From assembly GCA_012862495.1 (NCBI GenBank), contig BLSG01000009.1, positions 56,961-105,269 of the forward strand: a stretch of 48,309 nucleotides of DNA. The letters run 5' to 3'. This DNA comes from Thraustochytrium aureum. Taxonomy: Eukaryota. A model generated the notes under the pieces. That model had not been told where the DNA came from. It made no database searches and saw nothing but the letters and a program-made list of their open reading frames with translations. Of the stretch, positions 8,166 to 19,685 are shown piece by piece. Positions within the stretch are counted from its first letter, which is position 1, and each line of letters begins with the position of its first letter. Position numbers and translations under genes: made by a program.

Positions 8166-10650
8166 TTAGAGCATGCCGTCCTCGTAGACAGGGTTGGCCA
8201 CCTGGACCTTGGACCCGGTCACCGGCAGGTCCTGGGAACGCGCGGTCTGGCGGCGGCGATGCACGAAGAACGCAGCACCGACGGCGACCACGCCAACGAC
8301 GGCCGCACTGGCAGCGAGCGGGACGGCAATGGATGACGCCTCCTCGAAGGGCTTGGCAGGAAAGTCGGGCGCAGACGACTCGCCGTCCTCGGCGCGGTTG
8401 GCAGACACGCACGTGTCGGTCTTGAGGTCGCAGACGACGCCGTTGGGAGCNNNNNNNNNNNNNNNNNNNNNNNNNNNNNNNNNNNNNNNNNNNNNNNNNN
8501 NNNNNNNNNNNNNNNNNNNNNNNNNNNNNNNNNNNNNNNNNNNNNNNNNNNNNNNNNNNNNNNNNNNNNNNNNNNNNNNNCGTGCCGCTGATGCCGCCAA
8601 CCCAGCTGAGCTGGGGAACGAGGTCGAAAAAGTAGCACAGCTCGCTGCCCGAGTTCCGGATCATCAGGTTGACCCGCTTGCCGAGCGAAGCGGGGAGCTG
8701 CGGCATTGTGACGGTGGCCTGGCCCGAGTTGGGCACCGTGGCAACGACGACCCAGTCGAGGTCCTTGAGGTCATCCTCGTAGCTGAAATCGGCGAGGTTG
8801 CTCTTCTCGAGCATCGTGTTCACCGCAACAAGGATGTCGACCGTCGTGGCGAGGGTCGCGGCCCCCGACCAGCTGAGCGTCACGGGCTTGAGGGCCTCGA
8901 GCGAGGTCAGACCGCGCGTGGAGGCCGAGAACGCAAGCGGGGTGGTGCTGCGGGAGAACCGGAGCGTCATGTCGTCGTACCCGAACGAGCCAACAACGTT
9001 GAGGTTGATGCTCTCCGAGGCCGTGCCGTCCGTGTCGTACTGAGTGCGGCCAATGAAGCGGAACGTCATGGTCTCGTCGCCTTGCAGGGCCGCGCTCGGC
9101 GGGATCTCGTTGAGCTGCGTGCCGAGCCCAAATGTGAGGTAGTACATGTTGGGCAGGAAACGCTTGTTCGACTTGATGGGCGACCAGGGGCGGAAGCGCG
9201 GCTGGTTGCGGTCCGTAAAGTCCTCGTACCCGGTGTCGACGCGGTCAAAGGCAAAGGTGAGGTCCTCGTTGGCCATGTTGACGGCGTTGCCCGCAAGCTG
9301 CACGTAGTTGCCCTTGGGCACAGTGCAGGTGGCGGCAGTCTGCACGACCGGGCGCGAGCCGGCCACCGTGTACACGGTGCCGCAGCCGCCCGCGACCCGG
9401 CTCTCCACAAGGCCGCGCATCGCTTCCAGGTTGTTCGAGTTGAAGTGCGGATCCGAGTTGGCCTGCACGTTGTTCTCGCCACAGATCCCGGCGTAGCCCA
9501 TGATTGTGCTCCCGCTCCCAGGCTCGACTGCGCCCTCGGACATAAAGTTGCCGTCGCCCTGGCCGTTGCAGTCGCGGAACGAGTGCGCGCCGAGGAGCTG
9601 ATGGCCAATCTCGTGCGCCACGTAGTCGACCCAGAAGGGGTCGCCGACGGGAGAGGTCACGCCCGTGGTCCCGCGCGCCTTGCCGCTAGTGCAAAAGGCA
9701 GGGTACCCGGCGACGCCGCCCGAGGCAGTCGAAACCGAGTGACCGATATCGTACTGGCTGGTAGAGATCCCACGAGCCGCGATGAGTCCTTCGTTGCGGT
9801 TGATTAGGCTCGAGTCGTTCGGCCACGAGCTGCACGAGCTGTCGCCGTTGAGGCAGATCAGGTTGTCGTTGTTCGCGACGAGCTGAAAGAAGACGCCCAG
9901 CTCGCGCAGGTAGACGCCGTTGACGCGGCTCATTAGGTTGATGAGCGCGAGCATCACGCTGTCCTTGGTGTTCCCGTGGAACTGCGAGTATTGCCTGTTG
10001 GCGAGAAGCGCCATGCGGAACACGTAGCCGCGCACTGGGGTGTTCGCTTGGAGGTCGCGATCGGCTTTGTGCGCGCCGTGGCGCAAGCTCGCGCGCTTCA
10101 CGGTGCCTTCGTCCCACGAGTCCAGCAAGCGCGCCTGCTCCGCGGTCGTACCGCACGAGAACTCGGCGCCCTCCGTAGACCCCTTGCTCTTGGCGTCGGC
10201 GTACTTGTACATGACGTACTTGTCCCCCTCCCCGCTGTAGTCGACGTACATGAGGCCCGACTTGGTGCTGTCAATCGTGGCCGCGAACGAGGTGCCTTGG
10301 GTGGTGTCCATGTTGACCGTCACCGACGAGCCGTCCGTGCACGACCCGCTCAGAGCCTTGAGGGCAGTCATCTTGGCCGCCAGCTCTGGCGCCATCACCG
10401 GGCTCGTGGAAAGCGTGCAGTCGAGGACGTCTTCGTCGACCAGGAACTGCATGGCCATCGGCCCGGAGGCGGCCACCACATCGGTCGTGAGGGCGTCCCA
10501 GTTGAGCTGAAGCGTCGTCTTGGGAACGCCCCCGATGCGCTTGTTGGCGATGCCGCTGTCGTCCACGGCCGGCGCGGTCTTCCAGACCGAGACGGCGTTG
10601 CCGGCTTGGGCGCTGGCCATGGCCACGACGCCGACGATGAGGAGCTTCAT
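8166..10650 (-). CDS. Type I membrane-anchored zinc metalloprotease, reprolysin-like (M12B, bacterial-type); gap 8451-8580 lies in the stalk
   Basis: Signal peptide MKLLIVGVVAMASAQA; prodomain FSCGT; RVNGVYLRELGVFFQLV; DPFWVDYVAHEIGHQLLGAHSF zinc motif; EPGSGSTIMGYAG Met-turn; RFRPWSP. After the gap come a TM helix IAVPLAASAAVVGVVAVGAAFFV, RRR, and a cytosolic NPVYEDGML-stop. Confidence 0.88.
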
Positions 10651-11906
10651 CTTGCGCTTTTCGCGCGGCTTGGTTGCCGTGCTGCTGAGCTGATTGTTGC
10701 TGCTGCTGCTGCTGTGCTTTGGTTCGATTGGGGTTTGCTCAAAGCCCGGGCCTTTTCTGTTCGCATCGCTCGGGCTGGCAAGCTGGGCCACCTTGTCACT
10801 GGGTTGGCCACCTTGTCGCTGGGAAAGGCTGAGCAAGATCGTCGAGTTTGGAGAGGGTTGTGGGCGTCGGAAAATGCAAACGCACTCCGAGTCGAGGGGC
10901 AGATCAACGGGGGAAGGGGGAGGAGGCTCTCAGCCGATCGATCACACTTGCGATGCGGTAAGGTACTCTACCGCAATCTGCAGTCACGGTGTCGGTCGGT
11001 TGGCCGTTCGGACTGGGCGAGCAGGATCGTTCGCAACAGACTCATTCTCTCAGCCTGAGCGACAGCAGGACCGCGTTCCCGTCCGCTCCTGTCGTGAGGT
11101 CTGATAGCGAGGCACACGGAGAGTGGCGTCAAGCGGAGGTACTCGACAGGAAAGGGGAAGCTCGCTCGAACCGATGACGGTCGTGGCTATTGGCAGCGCG
11201 TCCCGGACCTTTTGGCTGCTCGCAGCCGGTCCAAACTCGCACCGCGCCTTCGGTCCGCCAAGGTAGGTACCAACTCGAAGGCTTGCTGAGCCGCGCCAGG
11301 GTCACAATTCTCACCGCGATCCGTGTGGCTAAACACTTTCGCACGTCCGTGGCCTTGCTCGCCCGAGCCTGGTGAGTATTGTTCGCCGACATCTATCGTC
11401 GGGCTGCCAAGGGCACAATTTGCTTGCACCAGGAAACCCAAGCCTACGACTAATCATAACGCTACAGCTTGGAGACGAGAGATGGCTGCGTGCTCGGACG
11501 CGCATGTGGGGGGAGGGGGGTTTCACAGGTCGCAATTGGGTGGGCTCTTGATCTATTTCAGATCGGCTTACTCCTGGTGACGCCAGGTTTTGGCAGTCCT
11601 AGTGCTGTACGGGCGTACTGTACGCTGGCCGAAGCGTCCCGACCCCCGACAGAAACGCATGGTATCGTTGCCAGGACCACGCGCCAGCAGTTTCCTTCAC
11701 ACGGCAGGCAGAGTTGTAGGTACTCTACTCTACCTACGGCGCGTTGACTTGCTTGCCCACCCACCCACGGGCCAATGCACGCGCCAGCACTCGTCTCACA
11801 TACCTAACCACTTGCAGCCCCGCGGCGTGCTCGACTTGGCGGTTGGAGACGAGCGACCGCTTCCTGCTCGTCGCGCGGAAGATCGCATTTCGAAACGCAG
11901 AGAGCA

Positions 11907-11949
11907 GCAAGAGGTACGAGCTCCTGCAAGAGGTACGAGCTCCTGCAAG
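11907..11949. repeat. 19-bp perfect tandem duplication
   Basis: gcaagaggtacgagctcct x2 plus gcaag. Confidence 0.85.
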
Positions 11950-13501
11950 CGAGCCGAGCTCGCCGGGCAGGTTGGGGCAGGTTGGCCGTGAGATTGTGAT
12001 CGTCAGAACCGACCGGCGGCGCCTGTCCTGACGCAGCGCAAACCCAGGTGGCTTGCTCGGAATCACCGGCAAATTACGTACCATTCATAAGCGTGCTAAG
12101 CACAACTCCCGACCCCTCGGCCTTGCAGGGGTGTAGGGCCGCATCGAAGTGGCACAAAAATGGCTGCCATGAATGCCGCGAGGCGGTTGAGCGATGAGAT
12201 TGGCGCGCGACTCCGAGCACCCATCGCTCTCGGCTTCGTCGGCATTGGCTTCGTCGGCCCCGAAACGCCAGGCGCTCATCACGCACTCGGCTCTGCGCCC
12301 GCACGTGCTGGCCTGCGCCTTTTTTTTGTGATCCGAGGAGATCCGAGGAGCCTATTGATTGACAAGTGATGGAGTTGATTGATCAATGGATGGCAAGGTG
12401 GCGGCATGGCGAGAAGCGCGCGGCTCGACAGATGCCGTGGGAGGTACAGCAGCTACAGGAGAGCACTTAGGTATGTGCGCTCTCCGTGCGCCGCTGCTGC
12501 CGAGCGCAGCGCTTGTCAACGTACCTCTGCGACGGGCGGCTCCCAGGCTCGCCCGTGAGTGTCGCAATGAGGTGAAAAAAGCAGGACCAAAACCGATCCT
12601 GCTTGGCCATCAGGCTCATCACGGATCACGGGCATGCTCTACCTACTGCGAGCTGGCGGCCGGGCGTGGTTGCAAGCTTCACCTGTGAGTCATGAATCAT
12701 GGTTGGTTGCTGATCTCCTGGCCTGTTGGCTTTCAATTGCAACTTGCGAGCAGCACGGTCGGCCCCCAGCAACCGAGCCTGGCAAGCACAAGCAAGCCCA
12801 GGCGTGACTCGGAGATGAGGTCATCAACATCACTGATCTACGCGACGAGCAGCGCGCGAGCAGAATTCATCAGAGGAGCGGTCAGCCGAGAACGGACCGT
12901 ACGCACCCTGCCTCAGGCTTGCTTGATTCTTTCGCACGCACTCTGCTTTCGCCCGCCTAGCTTGGGCCCAGGTCTGTTCTTTTCCGTTCGAAGCGCTTTG
13001 TTTGCGTTGGATGAATCTTCACGGCATGCCATGTGGGTCCGCGAGCGTGCGCGAAGCTGAAGACACTCGCTTCGCCAACTTGAACCTTCATTCGTTTGTT
13101 GCGGCAGATTTTTAGCGTCGGCACGGAATCTTCTCGACCCAGCGGGCGCCGCCATCGCCGGCAGCTTTCCACCATTTTCACCAGCACATGAACTCGAGTA
13201 GCGTGCACGCGTCACACCGGGAGAGCCCCAGGCGATTCCTTGGCGACGCCCGCGGCCATCGAGTTCGTTCAGAAGCGCTACCCGTGCGTGCCTCCCTCTA
13301 GAGTCCGTCATGGTCGCTGCGCAACGCGCGGCCTCGGCGCGCGAAACGGCTTGGTCCCCGGCTCTGTGATGTCCAGCGNNNNNNNNNNNNNNNNNNNNNN
13401 NNNNNNNNNNNNNNNNNNNNNNNNNNNNNNNNNNNNNNNNNNNNNNNNNNNNNNNNNNNNNNNNNNNNNNNNNNNNNNNNNNNNNNNNNNNNNNNNNNNN
13501 N

Positions 13502-15142
13502 TTTGGCATTCTGCATAGCGTACTGGACAGCGGAGCGCGGCCCGACGGCGAGGACCCGCGGGATGGCCGCGCGGCGCCCTCCTGGTTGCCTGACAAAGGG
13601 TCGCGTTTCGTGGCGTTAAACTTGCGGTCGAGGTCTTTGAGCGCCGCGGCCTCAGCCATCGAGAGTGCCTCGCGAACCGGGCCGTCTGCAGGCTCGTCGT
13701 CTGCGTGGGCAGAGTCCTCGTCGTCTGATGAAAGCGCGCTGTCCTCGCTGCCGCCCTCCGTCGTCCGAGTCGGGACCAGCGAGGCGGTTGAGCCCCCTTG
13801 CAGCTCGGATTGCGCGCCTTGCGCGACGGCGCCGCGCGACTTGCTGCTCGACCCACGTTCTCTTGCCAGAGGCGGTGGAGAACCGAATGTCGCTGTCGAG
13901 CGCGTCCTGGCTGCTTAGGTCGCGCGGGTTCTTGCGCTGGAAGTAGAGCTCCTCCTTGGGCTTGCGACCCGCAACAAGCAACTCCAAGCGGCCCTCACGG
14001 TCGTATGTGCGCCCTTGCAGCTCGCCCATCGCTTTGCGCCAGTGCGACTCAAACTCGCTGCGGAGCGTCTTGCCAAGCGTGCGGTGGCTGAAACGCAGCA
14101 GCACCGAGAGTGGGTCGCCGCGGCTCTCAATGCGGTGCAGCTTCTTAAACCACTCGTTGTACCGCTCGACGCGCTCCTCGTGCAGGTGCTTGACCGCGCG
14201 GACTCGATTCTTCGTCTCTTCCAGGGACCGCTGCGCGCTCTTGGCGGCAGCGTCTTGCTGGTCCTGCACGCCCCAGAGGGCGTCGTGCTGCTTGCGCTGG
14301 AGCTCGCGCTCGCGGTGCTTTTGCGCCTTGACCATGGCGCGCTCGACGGCCTCCTGCGCCCCCGGCGGACCGAGCGTCTTGCGGACGATGTCTATGAGAG
14401 AGTCCATGATGATTGCGCGCGTGCGCGAGCCGATATTGTCCCAGTACTCGCCCCCAAGCACGCTGTTCCGGACGAGGAGGTACATGCATTTGAGCGGGTG
14501 CAGGACCTCGTTGTGGAACGAGGCCCAGCCCTCAAAGTCGCTCTGGTAGACGCGCATCTCATTTGCGTATATTCCCGGCACGGCCACATTGCAGAGCGAC
14601 TCGGTGAGTAGCTGCTCCTCCGTCTTGTTGGAGTGCCGTGCGAAAACGTCCTTGACGAGCTGTTCACACTCGCTCAGCTCCAGGAATCCGCTGCCGTCGG
14701 CATCGTACAGGTTGAACATGATCTGCGACAGATTTTCTTCTGGCCAGGAGCACAGGTTCCAGATCGCGCAGACGAACTCGAGAAAGTCTATCGTCTCGTT
14801 GCCGTCCATGTCAAACATCGCGAATAGCTTGACGTTGAACGGGGTCTCCTCGACGCGCAGAAAATACAGAAACTCGTACACGTCGATGGTCTGGCTACCG
14901 TCCAGGTCGGCCACCAAGAACAGCGAGTACAGTTGGTTGATGATCTGGACGTCCAGCAGCAGCCCGTTGGAGAGCACGTTCATCGTCTTCCAGCCTTGCC
15001 CAACGACTTTGTCGTCCGGCTCAAACGTCTTAAACTTGTGCGCCGGCACCACCATTGGCCTCGCGCGCCTCGCGCGCCTTTCGAGCCTCTCGTCGTCATT
15101 GAGGTACTTTTCCTCTGTCTGGCGCCCGAGAATGCCGCCCAT
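13502..15142 (-). CDS. EF-hand calcium-binding protein (calcineurin-B/NCS-like N-half) with coiled-coil, low-complexity C-half; probable frameshift between ~13760 and ~13900; 3' end in or beyond gap 13379-13501
   Basis: MGGILG start (Gly2); EF loops DLDGSQTIDVYE, DMDGNETIDFLE, DADGSGFLELSE. The alternative frame near the end reads EGGSEDSALSSDDEDSAHADDEP...MAEAAALKDLDRKF, which looks more like protein than the Arg-rich end in the ORF track. Confidence 0.85.
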
Positions 15143-16829
15143 ACTGCCTCGCCTGTTGGCCGCGTTGCCGAGCTGCGACTGCCGCCAGTCGAGCTAGCAG
15201 GGCCGGGCCGGCCAACCCGTCCGTCCGGCGTGCCACGAGCCGGCCAGCGCTCGGCCGATCTGTGCTTGGCAGCGTCAAGCGCTCTCGCAAGCATCGACCG
15301 CCGATGCGCCGTCCTTGAATCACGTCCTGGACGATGATGGGCGCGGAGCGAACTGGACGAACGCCCGTTCACGTCGATCAACCAACCAACAGCCGAGGTT
15401 GAGAGACAAATGGCGCCGAGCGAGAAGGCCGCCAATGCCAAGCCTGCCACGCCCAGTGCCAGCAAGTGCCTGCCGACGTGGCGGCAGGGGCTGCGGCACG
15501 GCCAGCGCGCGCTAGCCCCGCCCCTCCACCTCGTCAACGGCTCTGTCGCGAGCACCCAGCAAGCGAAGAGGGGCGGNNNNNNNNNNNNNNNNNNNNNNNN
15601 NNNNNNNNNNNNNNNNNNNNNNNNNNNNNNNNNNNNNNNNNNNNNNNNNNNNNNNNNNNNNNNNNNNNNNNNNNNNNNNNNNNNNNNNNNNNNNNNNNNN
15701 NNNNNNNNNNNNNNNNNNNNNNNNNNNNNNNNNNNNNNNNNNNNNNNNNNNNNNNNNNNNNNNNNNNNNNNNNNNNNNNNNNNNNNNNNNNNNNNNNNNN
15801 NNNNNNNNNNNNNNNNNNNNNNNNNNNNNNNNNNNNNNNNNNNNNNNNNNNNNNNNNNNNNNNNNNNNNNNNNNNNNNNNNNNNNNNNNNNNNNNNNNNN
15901 NNNNNNNNNNNNNNNNNNNNNNNNNNNNNNNNNNNNNNNNNNNNNNNNNNNNNNNNNNNNNNNNNNNNNNNNNNNNNNNNNNNNNNNNNNNNNNNNNNNN
16001 NNNNNNNNNNNNNNNNNNNNNNNNNNNNNNNNNNNNNNNNNNNNNNNNNNNNNNNNNNNNNNNNNNNNNNNNNNNNNNNNNNNNNNNNNNNNNNNNNNNN
16101 NNNNNNNNNNNNNNNNNNNNNNNNNNNNNNNNNNNNNNNNNNNNNNNNNNNNNNNNNNNNNNNNNNNNNNNNNNNNNNNNNNNNNNNNNNNNNNNNNNNN
16201 NNNNNNNNNNNNNNNNNNNNNNNNNNNNNNNNNNNNNNNNNNNNNNNNNNNNNGTGCACCCCAACCAGACCCCGCGCGCCTCCTCCGCGCCGCAAGGTGC
16301 AAACCCCTCCCCAGCCGCGGCCAAAATCCGCGGCGCCCCCCACAGCCCGCCTCCGCCACACTCCCCGCCGCCGAGGTTTCCCCGGCGGCGCGACCGGCGG
16401 GCAAGCTGCGCGGCAGGCGGCGGGATTTACAGAGCGCGGCGTATGCCGGCCAGAGAGGGGCAGGGGCAGGGGGGTAGGCTGGGTGCGGTGGGCGCGTGTG
16501 CGCCGAGGGATGCATGCATGCATGTAAGCGAGGAAGGGCGTTGGACGACCAGAGCAGTCACCGTAGATAGAGTTGAGTTTTGAGTACATTCGAAGTGGAG
16601 TTGAGGACGTTCGAAGTGGAGTTGGCGGCAGACACCCAACGCATTCGAGAGCGGAAGAGGGGCGCAGAGGCGGGTCGCTCGCGGTGGTCTGGACTCGCTG
16701 GCCAGGTCCGCGTTTTGCCCTGGCAGCCCTCTGGTCGAGGTCGGCGGGAGGTGCTGGCGGGTGGGTTTTGTTGACGCGCGAGGCAAGAAGGCGCGGGTTG
16801 AGGGGCTTCAGGCAACGCGGACTGCGGGA

Positions 16830-19685
16830 ATGGCGCAGGTGGGCGCGGCGGCGAGCGCTGGCGCGGCAGTGCTGGCGGTGTTTGGGGCTTGGCTTGACTA
16901 TGGGTTTGCTGTGCATGCGGGCATGGGCAGAGCCAATGTGCCGTTTGAGGCCTTGGAAGCGGTGGACGCGCAGACGGTGGGCTCCGTCTCGGCGCTCGTG
17001 GCCGTGAGCGTGCTGGCGAGCGGGATGTTTCTTGGAGGCATGCCCAACGCCGCGGCGATGCTGTGCAACGTCGGGATGGCCGCGGGGCTCGTGTTCACGA
17101 GGACCGCAGACCCGACCTTTGTCACCAGGATCGAGGCCGTGTACGCGGCTATGGCGCTGCTTGGCCTGGCCGCGGCGGCCAACGTCTTCTCAAACGAGGA
17201 GGCAGGGGCGGCACCAGCTTCGCCGCAGGCCGGCGGCAAGAAGGGCCCTGCACAGAAACGCAGCCACGCCGGGCCCCCCTCGCTCGTCCCCGTCGGCCTC
17301 AGCATCGCCTTGCTGGCTTTTCTCCTCAAGACGAGCGAACCCGAGGCGCACTGCTTCGCCCAGCTTGGAGGCCGCAAGGCGGAGCTCTCCGTGGCCGCCT
17401 CGTCCACCGTGGCGTTCGGGCCCGGCGGCGCCTTCGAGGTCGTCGCCGACGCCGCTGCGGGCACAGTCCGAGTGAGCGCAACCGCGGGCCAAAAGACTCT
17501 CTTCGCGTCGCGCCCCGGGCGCGCTTTCCTGGTCGCCGCCCGGGACGGCTCCTTCGACGCTGCCAACGAGGAGGAAATGGGCCTCTACGACTTCAAAGAC
17601 CTCGCGGCCAACTTTAGCGTGGGCCAAACCGTGAGCACGGTGACAGCCGGGCCCAGCGGCGAGGTTCTGCTGACAGGAACGCTGCGATTTGCGACGGGGC
17701 CAAGCACCCCGTTCACCATGACCTTCGCCGCCAGAAGCGCCGACCACGTCGACTTTCGCGTCGCCACGGAGAGCGCCATGGCGCGGCTCTACCTGGTCCA
17801 GGCGAGCGCGCCAAGCGAGAGCATCTACGGCATGGGGATCCAGTACACCTACGCCGACCTCAAGGGCGGCTGCGTGCCCGTGTTCACCATGGAGCAGGGC
17901 ATCGGCCGCGGGATCCAGCCCATCACCTACCTGGTCAACTTTTTCGTGCACCACGCCAGCGGCTCCTGGCAGTCCTCGTACGCTCCCGCGCCGTACTACC
18001 TCACCAGCGACATGCGCAGCCTCTACCTCAAGACCAACGACTTTAGCCTGTTCGACTTTTCCTCGCGCGACGAGATCNNNNNNNNNNNNNNNNNNNNNNN
18101 NNNNNNNNNNNNNNNNNNNNNNNNNNNNNNNNNNNNNNNNNNNNNNNNNNNNNNNNNNNNNNNNNNNNNNNNNNNNNNNNNNNNNNNNNNNNNNNNNNNN
18201 NNNNNNNNNNNNNNNNNNNNNNNNNNNNNNNNNNNCGCGCGACGAGATCGTCATCGAGGTCAGCGCGTCCGACGTCAGTGGGGGGCTCATCGCCGGCGAG
18301 GCCCCGCTCGCCATAATCGAGACCTACACGCGCGAGCACGCCGGCCGGATGCGTCCGCTGCCCGACTGGACAGGCAACGGCGCCATCGTGGGCCTCCAAG
18401 GCGGCACCGAGGTCGTGCGTGGCCACGTCGAGACACTCAAGGCCGCCGACGTCCCGATCGCCGCGCTCTGGCTCCAAGACTGGACCGGCAAGCGCGAGAC
18501 TGACTTCGGTCGCCGCCTGCAGTGGAACTGGGAAGTCAGCCACCGCCACTACCCGGGCTGGTTCGACTACATCCGCGAGCTCGCCAGGGAGAACATCTAC
18601 GTCCTCAGCTACATCAATACCTACCTGTCCAACACCGGCGGCCGCTCCGGCGAGAGCACCACCTTGTTCCAGGAGGCCAAGCGCATCGACTGCCTCGTCA
18701 AGGAGGCCGACGGAAAGACTGTGCAAATCCAGGCCTCCGCCACGCCCGACTTTACTTTTGCGACCGTCGACATCACCAACCCGCGCTGCCAAGAGTGGTA
18801 CATCGACGCCGTCATCCTCGAGCGCATGATCGGCCTCAACACAACCTCGTTCGACGACATCAACGGCGTGCTCGGCTTCATGGCTGACTTTGCCGAGTCC
18901 GTCTCGCTCGGGGCTCAGTTCCACGCCGGCGAAGGCAGCACGCTGCACAACGACTTCCCGGTCATGTGGGCCGAGACCTGCCGCAAGGCCATCGACCGCA
19001 ACGAGTTCACCAAAGAGAACGCGGTCTTCTTCACGCGGGCCGCTGGCGCAAAGTCCCCGGGCCAGACCACGCTCATGTGGATGGGCGATCAGATGGTCAC
19101 CTTTGACCACTACGACGGCTTGCGCTCCGCGCTCACTGGCATGCTCTCCGCGGGCATCAGCGGCTTTAGCCTCGCGCACAGCGACATTGGAGGCTACACC
19201 ATGTTTGAGCGCTTCGGGGGGCTCATTAAGTTTGTACGCTCGCCCGAGCTTTTCATGCGCTGGGCCGAGATGAACGCCTTCTCCGACGCCGTCTTCCGCA
19301 CGCACGAGGGCGTGCTCCCCGACGCGTCTGCCCAGGCCGTGGACGCCGAGGTTCGCGGCCACTTTGCGCGCTTTGCCAATCTCCACAAGGCTCTCTTCCC
19401 ACTGGTCAAGAAGCCTCTCATGCTCGAGGCAGCGCGCACGGGCGCGCCGCTCGCGCGCCACCTCTTCTTGCACTACCCGCACGACCCGGAGGCTCGCAGG
19501 GCGCGCGACCAGTTTATGCTTGGTGACAGCTTGCTGATCTGCCCCATCGTCGTCGGCGGAGCCACCTCGCGCATGTGCTACGTTCCCGAAGGCGGCTGGA
19601 CGCACGTCTTCAGCAAAGCCGCGCCCGCGCCAGGCCGCTACTTTGAATGCGCCGCGCCGATGGGCAGCCTTGCGTGCTGCATCTT
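16830..19685 (+). CDS. GH31 glycosidase, sulfoquinovosidase (YihQ)-type, with N-terminal multi-pass membrane region; 3' end in gap 19686-20133
   Basis: EQGIGRG, GRMRPLPDW...GLQGG, WLQDWTGKRETDFGRRLQWNW, GFMADFAE (nucleophile Asp), HNDFPVMWA, WMGDQ (acid/base Asp), HSDIGGY, RSPELFMRW, RTHEG. The 14-mer cgcgcgacgagatc occurs on both sides of gap 18078-18235, and collapsing it joins the two ORFs in frame. Confidence 0.92.
18064..18249. other. Spurious scaffold gap with overlapping contig ends
   Basis: Identical cgcgcgacgagatc at 18064-18077 and 18236-18249. Merging gives continuous FDFSSRDEIVIEVSASDV. Confidence 0.85.

Noticed and set aside
10900..13378. Numerous short ORFs in the interval between the protease and the EF-hand gene
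   Set aside because: No domain motifs, no GC3 bias and no transposon hallmarks. Treated as intergenic, though a small exon near 13240-13283 cannot be excluded.
15410..16530. Possible gene starting MAPSEKAANAK across gap 15577-16253
   Set aside because: Too little sequence outside the gap to support a call.
16589..16625. 15-bp direct repeat ttcgaagtggagttg upstream of the GH31 gene as a regulatory site
   Set aside because: The repeat is real, but two short copies with no comparative data cannot support a regulatory call.
18078..18235. Insertion element with target-site duplication inside the GH31 gene
   Set aside because: The interval is all N, and the 14-nt flanking duplication is what overlapping contig ends look like. 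Collapsing it restores the ORF.
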